DNA of 64,000 nt, from NCBI GenBank assembly GCA_001786765.1, contig MFTH01000015.1:1548-65547 (forward strand), given 5' to 3'. Below the pieces are notes generated by a model. It was not told the origin of the DNA. It worked only from the letters and a program-made list of their open reading frames with translations, and did no database searches. The DNA is from Candidatus Nomurabacteria bacterium RIFCSPHIGHO2_01_FULL_37_25. GTDB taxonomy: Bacteria > Patescibacteriota > Minisyncoccia > Phycocordibacterales > UBA9973. The translations under genes and the position numbers were made by a program. This document shows, one piece after another, positions 37,309 to 48,762 of the stretch. Numbering within the stretch: the first letter of the stretch is position 1; each line of letters opens with the position of its first letter.

Positions 37309-39885
37309 TTATTTATCCAAAAACTTCTCAATAATTTTTTCATCTCTTTTTAGCCAAGCGATATTGCCTTCTAGTCGCTCTAGGACTTGCTCTATAGCGC
37401 GTTTAGCGCCCGGAGCATCATGAGTGGTAAAGAATTTTTTGAAAGACCTCAAGTGTTTTACTTCTGCAGTTCCCCCTATCGCTTTGACTAATCGCGACAA
37501 TGTATGTCCACCGTCGCCATAGCGTAAGACAAGTGTCTTCCAGTTTTTTCGAATAAAATCAAACCAAATATCACGACCCACCACATTTCCTCCTACAGAG
37601 AAAATGATGCTGATGCTGTCTTGAGCGCGGACGTGTTTTGATAATGAAAATTCACAAGCGAGTTTTAATAACTTAGGATCTTGGAAATCTCCCAAGGCGT
37701 TGCCAATTCTATTTTTCTCCTCATGCAAAGTTTCTCGCTTGTATTTTTTTATAAAAGTTTGATATTCTTTTCTGCCGCCATTTGTGGCTACAACTGCATA
37801 TATGCTTGCGCGAATATCAGGATTAATATAGCCTCCAGATTGCATTTTTGCAAATTTTTTTCTCGCTTCAGAAATTATTTTTTTATCACCAGAACGTCCA
37901 GCGCGAGAAATCGCAAGTGAACGAAGTAAAGTATCAGTATGAGTTTCATTTTTCTTTTTTTCCCAACCGAGCTTCGTAGCGAGAGGGGAGAATAATTTGA
38001 GTATTAGCCCACCCAATTTAATTTTCATTTTCGTTTTAGCGAGAAGGGCTTCGAGTCTTCCGAGACCCATCGCAAGCTCAAGCCAAACACTATAATTATC
38101 TTCATTTTCATAGCTAGATAAAAATTCCAATGCATAACTCGTAGAAATAGCGCCTGCTTCTGCTAGAGCGAAAAGGTCTCTGATGATACCAAGTCTATCG
38201 CGAGGAGATAAGAGTTTGTTTTTTACAGGTATTTTTAGTTTTTCTAAAAGTTCTCTGGAATACGCTGTTCGATAAAAACCAGCCTCACCAAAGTTTAGTT
38301 TCAGAAAATTCTTTCTTAGTGCAAATTTTCTCTCAACGCGAATATTTTTCTGCTGAAAAATTGCTATACTCGGCTCGACAGCCTGCGCAATGTTTCGCGA
38401 AAATTGCACTTGCGACGAATTTTTGATAGGCACTTGCCATAAAGTTTTATCTTTTATTTTAGATTTAGAAATAGGGCTTGCAAAAAATCTTTCTTGAGAC
38501 AAATTTATTTTTTTATTTACAATATCTGCTCTTATCACCGGATAGCCAGATTTTGAAGTCCAGTTATGCATTATTTTTGTAACGGGCTTTTTGGAAACTT
38601 TTTCAAATGCTTGCCAAAGATGGAGAGTTTCTGTATTTTTATAACTATGCTTTTTTAAATAATACCGCAGTCCGTCTCTAAAATCTTTTTCTCCTAAATA
38701 ATCAGCAAGCATGCGAATGATTGACGCTCCTTTGGCATACGATACTTCATCAAATATTTCACCAATTTCATCAGGATGATATACTTCGATTTCAATAGGA
38801 TGAGTATTAAGAAGAGCGTCTAGCCGTAATGCCGCGCCTAATTCGTTAGTAGAAAATTGAGTCCAAATGTCCCATTTGGGAAAAAGTTTATCAACAGCTA
38901 AATATTCTATATAGGAAGCAAAACCTTCATTTAACCATAAATGCGTCCACCACTGCATCGTCACTAAATTGCCAAACCATTGATGCGCTATCTCGTGCGC
39001 AATAACAAGCGCGACCCATTGTTTATTTGATAGAGATGAATGATCTTCGTCAACCAAAAGCGCGCTTTCTCGGTAGGTGATTGCGCCCCAATTTTCCATC
39101 GCCCCAGATGTAAAGTCTGGTATAGCTATCATGTCTAGTGCAGGTAGGGGGTAAGCAATGTTAAAATATTCATTATAAAATTCTAAGGTTTTCACTGCGC
39201 ACTCTAATGCAAATTTAGCTTGATGTTTTTTTCCAAAAGTAGTAAAAACACGCACCTTTATATTATTTTTTGTTTTAGATTCAAGATATTCAAAATCACC
39301 TACAATAAACGCTACTAAATATGTAGACATCTTTGGCGTGGGAGAAAATCTCACAATTTGGTATCCTCCTTCATGCTCCGATACTGAAACTGGTAAAGTG
39401 TTTGAAATAGCGCTTTTGCCTTTTTGGATAATAAGTGAAATATGGAAAATGGCTTTTTGCGCTGGTTCATCAAAACAAGGGAAAGCCCTTCTTGCATCTG
39501 TGGGCTCAAACTGCGTTGTTGCTATATGATGTTCTTTATCTAAAATAAAATATTTACTTTTGTAAAACCCTCGCATTTTATCATTGAGTATTCCTCTAAA
39601 TACGATAGTGAGTTTTGTTTTGCCAATAGGAATAAATTTAGAAAAAATAAAAGTTGCTGTTTCGTTTTTTTTATTATAAGACACTTCAGCGAACAGCTCA
39701 CCTATGCGAACTGTTGCTATTTCAAGCTCTTTTGAATGAAGAGTTAATGTTTTAGTTTTTTTAAAAACAGAAAATGTTATAGTTTCCACGCCTTCAAAAG
39801 TAAAATTATCCAAATCTGGCTTTAGCTCTATATTGTATTCTATCGGAATAATGTTTTTTGAAAGTCGGACTCCTTTTAATTTCAT
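37309..39885 (-). CDS. pepN: M1-family aminopeptidase
   Basis: TQFEPTDARRAFPCFDEP, GAMENWG, HEIAHQW...NEGFA, ERAP1-like C-terminus. Confidence 0.95.
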   Translation of the reverse strand: MKLKGVRLSKNIIPIEYNIELKPDLDNFTFEGVETITFSVFKKTKTLTLHSKELEIATVRIGELFAEVSYNKKNETATFIFSKFIPIGKTKLTIVFRGILNDKMRGFYKSKYFILDKEHHIATTQFEPTDARRAFPCFDEPAQKAIFHISLIIQKGKSAISNTLPVSVSEHEGGYQIVRFSPTPKMSTYLVAFIVGDFEYLESKTKNNIKVRVFTTFGKKHQAKFALECAVKTLEFYNEYFNIAYPLPALDMIAIPDFTSGAMENWGAITYRESALLVDEDHSSLSNKQWVALVIAHEIAHQWFGNLVTMQWWTHLWLNEGFASYIEYLAVDKLFPKWDIWTQFSTNELGAALRLDALLNTHPIEIEVYHPDEIGEIFDEVSYAKGASIIRMLADYLGEKDFRDGLRYYLKKHSYKNTETLHLWQAFEKVSKKPVTKIMHNWTSKSGYPVIRADIVNKKINLSQERFFASPISKSKIKDKTLWQVPIKNSSQVQFSRNIAQAVEPSIAIFQQKNIRVERKFALRKNFLKLNFGEAGFYRTAYSRELLEKLKIPVKNKLLSPRDRLGIIRDLFALAEAGAISTSYALEFLSSYENEDNYSVWLELAMGLGRLEALLAKTKMKIKLGGLILKLFSPLATKLGWEKKKNETHTDTLLRSLAISRAGRSGDKKIISEARKKFAKMQSGGYINPDIRASIYAVVATNGGRKEYQTFIKKYKRETLHEEKNRIGNALGDFQDPKLLKLACEFSLSKHVRAQDSISIIFSVGGNVVGRDIWFDFIRKNWKTLVLRYGDGGHTLSRLVKAIGGTAEVKHLRSFKKFFTTHDAPGAKRAIEQVLERLEGNIAWLKRDEKIIEKFLDK
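38301..38426 (-). repeat. GGCTGTCGAGCCGAG-family element in frame inside pepN
   Basis: 38369-38384 is the exact reverse complement of 6299-6314; arms AGTGCAAATTTTC/GAAAATTGCACT. Confidence 0.65.
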
Positions 39886-39931
39886 ATGTTTCAGTATATC
39901 TTTTTTTACAAAAAATGCTACTATTATAAGG

Positions 39932-40672
39932 ATGGAAAAAGAAATTTATCAAATAAAGACAACTGGCTTTGAAGGTCCATTCGGTCTACTTTTAGAGTTA
40001 ATAGAGAAGCGAAAGCTTTTTATCAACGATGTATCACTTGCGAGTGTTACAGAAGATTACTTGAATTATATGCAAAAATTGGGCGGACTTAATAGCGCAG
40101 AAATCTCCTCTTTTGTTCTAGTGGCGTCAACATTGATTCTAATCAAATCAAAATCTCTTTTGCCAAATTTAAATCTAACAACAGAAGAAGAAGGAGATAT
40201 CAAAAATCTAGAAGAAAGATTGCGTTTGTATGAGCTATTTATAAAATTAAGCAGAAACATAAAAAATAATTTTGCTAAAAAAATAATTTTCGCGCCGCTT
40301 GAAAGAAAAAATGATGTTTTGGTATTTTTGCCAGATGACCAAATTACCAAAGAAAGTATGATGATTTTTGCTCGTAATGTCTTAGGAACAATACCTAAAA
40401 AAGTATTCTTGCCGAAAGTAGAAGTGCGAAAAGTCATCAGTATTGAAGAGATGATTGAAAAATTAACGCAAAGAATAAAAAATTCGCTAAAAATGAATTT
40501 CAAAGACCTAAATGGGGAAATAGCCACCCGTGAAGAAAAAATAGTTATGATTGTGGGATTTCTTGCTATGCTAGAGCTTGTTCGGCAAGGAATTATTCAT
40601 GCAGCGCAAGATAGCGGTTTTTCCGACATTATTCTAGAGAAAACGGAAACTAAAGAAAATAATAATTTATGA
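39932..40672 (+). CDS. scpA: Segregation/condensation protein A (start moved to ATG 39932)
   Basis: FEGPFGLLLELI, IKSKSLLP, FLAMLELVRQG. Confidence 0.93.
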   Translation: MEKEIYQIKTTGFEGPFGLLLELIEKRKLFINDVSLASVTEDYLNYMQKLGGLNSAEISSFVLVASTLILIKSKSLLPNLNLTTEEEGDIKNLEERLRLYELFIKLSRNIKNNFAKKIIFAPLERKNDVLVFLPDDQITKESMMIFARNVLGTIPKKVFLPKVEVRKVISIEEMIEKLTQRIKNSLKMNFKDLNGEIATREEKIVMIVGFLAMLELVRQGIIHAAQDSGFSDIILEKTETKENNNL

Positions 40673-41259
40673 TCACCTTAGAATCAAAAATTGAAGCAAT
40701 ACTTTTTTGGAAAGGGGAGCCAATTTCACGAAAGAAACTCGTAGAGATTTTAAAAGTTACTCCAAATGAAATAAACGAGGCAATAGAGAAATTAAAAATA
40801 AACTTGCAAAGTAGGGGAATAGTCTTATTAGAAAAACCCGCCCACAATGCTTCGCATAGCGATGCAGGCGGGGAAAACGAAATCACGCTCGGCACGGCGC
40901 CTGAGCTCTCTAAACTTATTGAGGATTTACAGAAAGAAGAATTAAATAAAGAACTTTCTAAAGCCAGCCTAGAAACACTCTCAATAATTCTTTATAAAAA
41001 TGGAGCAAATAGAGCTGAAATTGACTATATCAGAGGAGTCAACTCTAGTTTTACTTTGCGCGCTTTATCTATCAGGGGTCTCGTAGAGAAAAATCTAGAT
41101 TCTAAAGATAGTAGAAGGTATATTTATAAACCGAGTTTTGAATTAATGTCTTATATGGGCATAAAATCTATGGAAGAATTACCTGACTATGGTGAAGTTA
41201 ACAGCTCAATAAATACTGCAGTAAAAAATTTAGAAGAGGAGGATAATGGGAAGGAATAA
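40669..41259 (+). CDS. scpB: Segregation/condensation protein B with a 36-bp in-frame insert
   Basis: IEAILF, LSKASLETLSIILY, RAEIDYIRGVNS. Confidence 0.93.
   Translation: MITLESKIEAILFWKGEPISRKKLVEILKVTPNEINEAIEKLKINLQSRGIVLLEKPAHNASHSDAGGENEITLGTAPELSKLIEDLQKEELNKELSKASLETLSIILYKNGANRAEIDYIRGVNSSFTLRALSIRGLVEKNLDSKDSRRYIYKPSFELMSYMGIKSMEELPDYGEVNSSINTAVKNLEEEDNGKE
40837..40872. repeat. 36-bp in-frame palindromic element (PAHNASHSDAGG)
   Basis: 33/36 identical to 10407-10442. Confidence 0.9.
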
Positions 41260-41404
41260 TAATAAGAAGAATAATACGGAAGAAAAAATAGAATAAAAAA
41301 AATGTTTAACCAAATACTTACAACTCTGCTATCGCAGAAATATAAGTAAAAATGAAATAAGTTATGAATAATAATAAACAAGATAATTATCAGCAAGAAG
41401 TGTA

Positions 41405-42215
<811 letters not shown>

Positions 42216-42217
<2 letters not shown>

Positions 42218-42335
42218 CCCGTTAGAGACAGGTCGCAGTCTTCGCTTTCTGTGAATTATTTTTAATATAGTTGATTGTCATAGTAATATTGATTTATTTA
42301 TTATATCCCATTGCGACCGCGGTCTCTAACGGGAT
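42216..42335 (-). mobile_element. Start-codon-associated hairpin element at the VanY-like gene
   Basis: 14-bp TIR ATCCCGTTAGAGAC/GTCTCTAACGGGAT; inner stem GGTCGCA/TGCGACC. Confidence 0.8.
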
Positions 42336-42395
42336 TCACTTAAAAACAATAACACATTGCTGTATTTTAATCAAAAAAATGTTATATTTACTCAT

Positions 42396-43454
42396 ATGTA
42401 TTTCAATTTGATTAAAATATTTTTGCCAACGACAGTGGCTTTTTTCTTAGGTCTTTCCTTCACGCCGATAGCCACCCATTTTTTTTACAAATACAAAATG
42501 TGGAAAAAATATTCCAGAAGCGCAATAACAACCACTTCTTCCGACTTTTCAAAAATCCATAATGAAAAAGCTGAATTAAAAACTCCTCGGATAGGCGGAA
42601 TAATAATCTGGATTTCTGTTCTTGCAACTGTTATTATTTTTTATTTTATATCAATTTTATTCCCATCAACGGGAAGTTCGGAAATAAATTTTCTAAGTAG
42701 AAACCAGACTTTTATACCACTCTTTACCCTTATCGCAGGGTCTTTGATTGGATTATTGGACGATCTAATTCAAATCTACGGAACAGGAAAATTTGCTCGC
42801 GATGATAAATCTTGGCGTAAATGGAAAGCTTTTTTAGTAGGGTTTCTTTCTCTTCTTATTGGTATTTGGTTTTTTTATAAATTAGGAATGACTTCTATTC
42901 ATATTCCATTTATGGGAGAAATGTATTTGGGTATTTTAATTATTCCATTTTTTATAATAGTCGCCTTGGCGACTTTTTCTGGGGGAGTGATAGATGGAAT
43001 AGACGGACTCTCTGGAGGAGTTTTAGCTTCAATTTTCGCGGCTTACTCCACGATAGCGTATGCCAACAGTCAAATAGACCTTGCCGCATTTTCTGCTGTT
43101 ATAACTGGAGCAATACTGGCATTTCTTTGGTTTAATATTCCACCAGCCAGATTCTATATGGGTGAAACAGGTATTATGGGACTTACGATAACTTTAGCGA
43201 CACTAGCCTTTTTAACTAACACAGTTTTGATTCTTCCGATTGTTGCATTACCCCTTGTTGTTACATCTCTTTCTGTTATTTTACAACTAGCTTCAAAAAA
43301 ATTGCGAGGGGGTAAAAAAATATTCAAACTAACGCCGATTCATCACCATTTTGAAGCGATTGGATGGTCATCGTATAAAGTAACCATGCGTTTCTGGATT
43401 CTTTCAGTCGTATTTGCCATAATTGGTATAATTTTAGCAATTATCAGCAGGTAA
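42396..43454 (+). CDS. mraY: Phospho-N-acetylmuramoyl-pentapeptide transferase (start moved to ATG 42396)
   Basis: TPRIGG, GLLDD, DGIDGL, FYMGETG, PIHHHFE. Confidence 0.93.
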   Translation: MYFNLIKIFLPTTVAFFLGLSFTPIATHFFYKYKMWKKYSRSAITTTSSDFSKIHNEKAELKTPRIGGIIIWISVLATVIIFYFISILFPSTGSSEINFLSRNQTFIPLFTLIAGSLIGLLDDLIQIYGTGKFARDDKSWRKWKAFLVGFLSLLIGIWFFYKLGMTSIHIPFMGEMYLGILIIPFFIIVALATFSGGVIDGIDGLSGGVLASIFAAYSTIAYANSQIDLAAFSAVITGAILAFLWFNIPPARFYMGETGIMGLTITLATLAFLTNTVLILPIVALPLVVTSLSVILQLASKKLRGGKKIFKLTPIHHHFEAIGWSSYKVTMRFWILSVVFAIIGIILAIISR

Positions 43455-43478
43455 ATATATGCTAAAAAATAAATAATA

Positions 43479-44585
43479 ATGAAAGAGAAAAAGATAGATA
43501 GATTTTTTTTAATAATCCTCGGCCTCTTGCTCGTTATTGGAATTTCTATGTTTGTTTCCGCGTCATTGGGAGTCTTAATAAGAAATGAAAAACTTTTTTA
43601 TTCAGTGCTTTTTAGCCAGTTAGTTCTCGGTCTTGGTTTGGGGCTTCTTGGCATGTATTTTTGTTTAAAAATAAATTATAAATTTTGGCGCAGATATTCT
43701 TTTCTGATTTTTTTAGGTTCGATATTATTAACAGCATCCGTCTTTATTCCTTATTTAGGATGGACTCATGGGGGAGCGCAGAGATGGATAAAATTGGGGA
43801 ATTTTTCTTTTCAGCCCGTTGAGATTTTAAAATTTGGATTTATAATTTATTTTGCGGCTTGGTTATCTTGGGTTAAAAATAAAGTGCAAGATTTTAGGTT
43901 TGGAATTTTACCATTTGGTATAATGCTTGCGATTATCGCTACAATTTTACTCAAACAACCTGATATTAAAAGTTTCATTTTAATTACAGTAACTGGAACC
44001 TCAATGCTTTTTATTTCTGGAGTCCCTGTAAAATATATTTTAGGAGTGGGAATGGGGGCTTTACTTGTTTTAGGATCTCTTGTATTTTTTACACCGTATC
44101 TTCAAGAACGAGTAAAAACTTTTATTAATCCGGAAGCTGACCCCCGAGGGTCCTCTTATCAAATTCAACAATCCCTTATTGCCTTAGGGTCAGGCGGAAT
44201 AATTGGAAGAGGTTTTGGTCAAAGTATTCAAAAATTCGGTTATCTTCCAGAACCACAAGGAGATTCTATTTTCGCTGTTATAGGTGAGGAATTTGGTTTT
44301 ATTGGAACAAGTGTTACAATATTTCTTTTTTTGCTTTTTGCTTTGCGAGGATTTCGTATTGCCAATAATTCTCCAAATCTTTTTAGTAGACTTTTGGTCT
44401 CTGGAATTGTTATACTGATAACAGCGCAGTCATTTATGCACATTGCCTCCATTACTGGAGTATTTCCATTGACGGGGGTACCGCTTCCTTTTATGAGTCA
44501 TGGAGGCACTTCGCTTATGATATATCTTATAGCAACAGGTATTATTCTTAATGTATCAAAATTTCAAAAGCATGAATCCCGTTAG
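43479..44585 (+). CDS. ftsW: SEDS-family protein FtsW
   Basis: GAQRWI, FQPVE, QPD, LPEPQGDSIF, PLTGVPLPFMSHGG; between mraY and murG. Confidence 0.9.
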   Translation: MKEKKIDRFFLIILGLLLVIGISMFVSASLGVLIRNEKLFYSVLFSQLVLGLGLGLLGMYFCLKINYKFWRRYSFLIFLGSILLTASVFIPYLGWTHGGAQRWIKLGNFSFQPVEILKFGFIIYFAAWLSWVKNKVQDFRFGILPFGIMLAIIATILLKQPDIKSFILITVTGTSMLFISGVPVKYILGVGMGALLVLGSLVFFTPYLQERVKTFINPEADPRGSSYQIQQSLIALGSGGIIGRGFGQSIQKFGYLPEPQGDSIFAVIGEEFGFIGTSVTIFLFLLFALRGFRIANNSPNLFSRLLVSGIVILITAQSFMHIASITGVFPLTGVPLPFMSHGGTSLMIYLIATGIILNVSKFQKHESR

Positions 44586-44696
44586 AAGTCGTGATCAGGA
44601 TTGAAATATAAACAAAATATGAAATCAAATATTGAAAAAATTAATAACATAAAATATCAGATACGCGAGTTGATCGCGACCTGCTTCTAACGGGAT
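44576..44696 (+). mobile_element. Start-codon-associated hairpin element at murG; also supplies the ftsW stop codon
   Basis: TIR ATCCCGTTAGAAG/CTTCTAACGGGAT, 121 bp; ATGAA at 44572 and 44695. Confidence 0.85.
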
Positions 44697-45837
44697 GAAA
44701 ATAGTTTTTACAGGTGGCGGAACAGGCGGACATTTTTATCCCATTATTGCCATCGCTCAAAAAGTAAATCAAATAATAGATCGTGAACATATACTAGAAG
44801 GAAAGCTCTTTTATATTTCTGATAGCCCTTATGATAGGGAAATGCTTTTTGAAAATGGACTTTTGTATGAAGAAATTAATACTGGTAAGATGCGCACTCA
44901 TTTTTCCTTTAAAAGTTTTTTCCTGAATTTTTTTGATATTTTTAAAGTTTTTTTTGGTGTTATAAACGCATTTTACAAAGTTTTTTCTATTTATCCAGAT
45001 GTTGTTTTTGGTAAAGGCGGATATGCTTCATTCCCAACAATTTTTGCCGCTATAGTTTTACGTATTCCGGTTGTGATTCATGAATCAGATTCTGCGCCCG
45101 GACGGGTAAATAAGTGGGCTGGGTATTTTGCTAAAAAAATAGCTGTTTCTTTTATAGAAACAGCTGATTATTTTCCCAAAAAAAATGTAGCTTGGACGGG
45201 TCAACCCATAAGAATTGAAATAGAACATCCCGCAAATCAAAAGGAAGCGCTTGATTATTTCAAACTGGAGAAAGATGTGCCGGTCATACTTATTTTAGGA
45301 GGCTCTCAAGGCGCAGAACTTATTAATAATACTATCTTAGACGCATTGCCAAAACTTGTTAAAGATTATCAAATTATCCACCAAACTGGTGTTAAAAATT
45401 TTAAAATGGTCACAAATATGGCAAAAATTGCATTAACCGACAATCAACATGAATTGAGATATCTATCTATGGCTTTTTTAAATCCTTTAGCTATGAAAAT
45501 GGCTGCGGGTGTGGCAACTATAGTTATTTCTAGAGCTGGCTCAATGTTATTTGAAATAGCGTCTTGGGGTGTGCCATCTATTTTAATACCTATAACAAAT
45601 ACAAATATGGATCATCAAAAAAAGAATGCTTTTAATTATGCTCGAGCGGGAGCTTGTAGTGTTATTGAAGAGATGAATATGACTGCTAATATTTTAACTT
45701 CAGAAATTAAAAGAATAACAGAGAATAAAGTAATATATGAAACTATGGCTCAAAATGCTAAATCTTTTGCTAAAGGAGATGCTGCGATGAAAATTGCGCG
45801 CGTGTTAGTGAACATAGCTTTAAGTCACGAGAAATAA
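44695..45837 (+). CDS. murG: MurG glycosyltransferase
   Basis: TGGGTGGH, GGYAS, GGSQGA, SRAG, HQKKNA. Confidence 0.96.
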   Translation: MKIVFTGGGTGGHFYPIIAIAQKVNQIIDREHILEGKLFYISDSPYDREMLFENGLLYEEINTGKMRTHFSFKSFFLNFFDIFKVFFGVINAFYKVFSIYPDVVFGKGGYASFPTIFAAIVLRIPVVIHESDSAPGRVNKWAGYFAKKIAVSFIETADYFPKKNVAWTGQPIRIEIEHPANQKEALDYFKLEKDVPVILILGGSQGAELINNTILDALPKLVKDYQIIHQTGVKNFKMVTNMAKIALTDNQHELRYLSMAFLNPLAMKMAAGVATIVISRAGSMLFEIASWGVPSILIPITNTNMDHQKKNAFNYARAGACSVIEEMNMTANILTSEIKRITENKVIYETMAQNAKSFAKGDAAMKIARVLVNIALSHEK

Positions 45838-45853
45838 ATGCTAAAATGGTTTT

Positions 45854-47311
45854 ATGTCTAATAAAGTTATTACACGATATGCGCCTAGTCCTACAGGACT
45901 ACCTCATTTAGGCACCACAATGTATGCTTTGCTTAACTATATTTATGCTCGCCAAAATAATGGTGAAGTGATTATGCGTTCTGAAGATACTGATCCTATT
46001 CGTTCAAAACCTGAATTTGAAGAAGCTATAAAAGAAGGACTCGCTTGGGTGGGAATCAAATTTGATAAGTTTGTTCGTCAATCTGAACGTAAAGATATTT
46101 ATAAAAAATACATTGCAAAAATGGTTGAAGAAAAAACAGCCTATATATCTAGAGAAAAAAATGAAGAAGGAATAGAAAGAGACCTTGTAAGATTTAAAAA
46201 TCCAAATAAAATTATAACTTTCCATGATATGGCTCGAGGTGATATATCAGTAGATACCACAGACCTTGAGGATTTTATAATTGCTCGCGATATAAATTCT
46301 CCTCTTTACCATCTGACAGTTGTGGTGGATGATTTTGAGATGGGAATAACTCACATTATTCGCGGTGAAGACGGTTTAGCAAACACACCTCGTCAGATTT
46401 TGATTCAAGAAGCTATCGGCGCGCCCAGACCAATATATGCTCATTATCCTTTTGTTCTTATGTCTAATAAAAAAAAGATGGGCAAGAGAAATGGCGCTGT
46501 GAGTCTGCAAGATTACAGAGCGCAAGGGTATTTACCTGAAGCTATAATAAATTTCACTATGTTGCTTGCTTGGCATCCTAAAGATGATAGAGAACTTTTC
46601 TTGCTGGAAGACTTAATAAAAGAATTTCAACTGGAGAGAATTGGCAAAAGTGGAGCTATCTTAGGTGATGATAAATTAAATTGGTTTAATAAAGAATATA
46701 TAAAAAAATTAAGTGAATCTGAATTTCTTAAAAAAGCAAAGTCGTACATTAATCCAGATACAAAAATTATAAAAAAATTAAGTGAATCTGAATTTGATAA
46801 ACTGATTCTTCAATTTAGAGAGAGAATTAATAAATTTAATGATTTAAATAATCTTATTTTAGGCAGTGCCAACACTACTGATAGTTCTTTTTTTTCAACA
46901 ACAACTGAACACTTAAAAACTACCCCAGATAGCTCAATTATCCAAGAAAAAACCATAATCGTTTCCGGGCCAAATGATTATTTACTCAAAGATAAAGACC
47001 CAATCATTAATGATATAAAAATATTAATTCCAAAAGACGTGAGAAAAGAAGATGTTGTAATATATTTAAAGAATATTAAAGATTTAATAGAAAAAAATGA
47101 TTGGGGGAAAATTATAGAAAAAAATGATGAAAATAATTTATGGATGTATGCTAGTAAAGAGGGAAGGGGAAAAGTGCTTTGGCCACTTAGAGTCGCTTTA
47201 TCTGGTGAACTAAAATCTTCTGATCCTTTTGAAATTATGAAACTAATAGATAAAGATTCTTCTTTGCGAAGAATAGAAAAAGGAATAGAAAAACTAATTC
47301 ATTTACATTAA
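45854..47311 (+). CDS. gltX: Glutamyl-tRNA synthetase
   Basis: RYAPSPTG.PHLG, EDTD, THIIRGED, KMGKR, PLRVALSG. Confidence 0.95.
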   Translation: MSNKVITRYAPSPTGLPHLGTTMYALLNYIYARQNNGEVIMRSEDTDPIRSKPEFEEAIKEGLAWVGIKFDKFVRQSERKDIYKKYIAKMVEEKTAYISREKNEEGIERDLVRFKNPNKIITFHDMARGDISVDTTDLEDFIIARDINSPLYHLTVVVDDFEMGITHIIRGEDGLANTPRQILIQEAIGAPRPIYAHYPFVLMSNKKKMGKRNGAVSLQDYRAQGYLPEAIINFTMLLAWHPKDDRELFLLEDLIKEFQLERIGKSGAILGDDKLNWFNKEYIKKLSESEFLKKAKSYINPDTKIIKKLSESEFDKLILQFRERINKFNDLNNLILGSANTTDSSFFSTTTEHLKTTPDSSIIQEKTIIVSGPNDYLLKDKDPIINDIKILIPKDVRKEDVVIYLKNIKDLIEKNDWGKIIEKNDENNLWMYASKEGRGKVLWPLRVALSGELKSSDPFEIMKLIDKDSSLRRIEKGIEKLIHLH

Positions 47312-47338
47312 AACTTTAATTTGTTATAGTTATAAATC

Positions 47339-47710
47339 ATGTTAAAAGTTAATTTTTTACATATTTGTGAAAATGCAATAGTAGAACAGGGGAGTGGCAA
47401 TCTTTCTATTATTGGTATTTTTGAGAATATCAATGCGCAAAGTTTTCCGGCAATGCACCCCACCATGAGTGTCGTTGTTGGGTTTGAAAATAATAATCCT
47501 GGTATTTATGATACTGAACTTATATTTTTAGATGAAAAAGAGGAAATATTAAAAATCCAAGCGAAAATTACTATTGGTTCTAATCTAAAAGGTAACTGGA
47601 TATATAAGATAGTCGGCTATCAAATTCCGCGTGAAATGACTCAAAAAATAAAATTAAATTACGAAGGGAAAACTATTTGCTCCGGATACCTAACGATAAA
47701 TAACAAATAA
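47339..47710 (+). CDS. Hypothetical beta-rich protein
   Basis: ICENA, GNLSIIGIFENI, FPAMHP; -10-like motif just upstream. Confidence 0.65.
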   Translation: MLKVNFLHICENAIVEQGSGNLSIIGIFENINAQSFPAMHPTMSVVVGFENNNPGIYDTELIFLDEKEEILKIQAKITIGSNLKGNWIYKIVGYQIPREMTQKIKLNYEGKTICSGYLTINNK

Positions 47711-47753
47711 ATCTATTACAGTATTTCAAGTAACTTTGTTATAATAATTAGTA

Positions 47754-48470
47754 ATGAAAACAAATTTACCTAACAAGGGTAAGAATTTAATAATAGAAGT
47801 TGCTGGTCAAAAATACGCTAGAATACCAATCAAGACGAACCTTGTAAATTTTGGCGATGATCTAATGTCAATTATAGAAAAATATATCTCACTAGAATTT
47901 GGAGAATTCCAAAATAAAGATTATTTAGTTATTTCAGAAAAAATAATTTCTGTCTGCCAAAATAATTTTCGTCACATTAGCACTGTGAAAGTCGGCTGGT
48001 TAGCTAAGCTCATTGTGAAAGGAGTAAAAAAGTATCCAAATGATATAGGTTTTTCTCGAGCAGAAAAAATGCAAGTGGCAATAGACATTTCAGGTAGACC
48101 CAGAATGATTTTAGCGATGATTTTAGGAATACTTGGAAAAATTGTTGGAATAAGGGGAATTTTTTGGATTGTGGCAGGGAAGCGAGTATCAGAAATTGAC
48201 GGCTTTAATCCGGACGCAATGGATATGTATAAAGAGCATGCTATTTTACCACCGGAAAATCCTGTGAAAACTTGCCAAGAAATTGAAAACAAATTTGATT
48301 TTCCGACAGTAATTATAGATGGAAATAATATAAATACAAAAATTCTTGGTAAAAGCAAAAAAGTCTTATTAAATGAAAAAGAGCTCAGGCTTATATTACT
48401 CGACAACCCAATGGGTCAAAATGACGAAATGACGCCCTTTATTGTCATCCGAAAAATGCAAAAAGAATAG
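47754..48470 (+). CDS. Coenzyme F420:gamma-glutamyl ligase (CofE)-like protein
   Basis: PIKT, VISEKIIS, IDG, DNPMGQ, TPFIVIR. Confidence 0.7.
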   Translation: MKTNLPNKGKNLIIEVAGQKYARIPIKTNLVNFGDDLMSIIEKYISLEFGEFQNKDYLVISEKIISVCQNNFRHISTVKVGWLAKLIVKGVKKYPNDIGFSRAEKMQVAIDISGRPRMILAMILGILGKIVGIRGIFWIVAGKRVSEIDGFNPDAMDMYKEHAILPPENPVKTCQEIENKFDFPTVIIDGNNINTKILGKSKKVLLNEKELRLILLDNPMGQNDEMTPFIVIRKMQKE

Positions 48471-48492
48471 ATTATGATATAATTTAAGTATT

Positions 48493-48696
48493 ATGAAAAA
48501 TAATATAACAAATAATAAAGAAAAAGGTTTTATAGAATTGATAATAATCATTATCATCGCTCTTCTTTTGATGAAATATTTTGGTCTTACTATAACTGGG
48601 ATTCTAAATTATTTTCATCTAACTTGGCCTGAAATTCTAAATTGGCTCAAACAAGCTCTAAATTGGTTCAAGGATTTAGTTTATAGTGTATTATAA
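48493..48696 (+). CDS. Small membrane protein with a prepilin-like KGF-hydrophobic N-terminus
   Basis: EKGFIELIIIIIIALLLM. Confidence 0.6.
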   Translation: MKNNITNNKEKGFIELIIIIIIALLLMKYFGLTITGILNYFHLTWPEILNWLKQALNWFKDLVYSVL

Positions 48697-48762
48697 GAGC
48701 TCCTTGTATATTCTAAGTTGTTATTAATTGCACTAAAGATATATTGTGCGACATGATATGTT

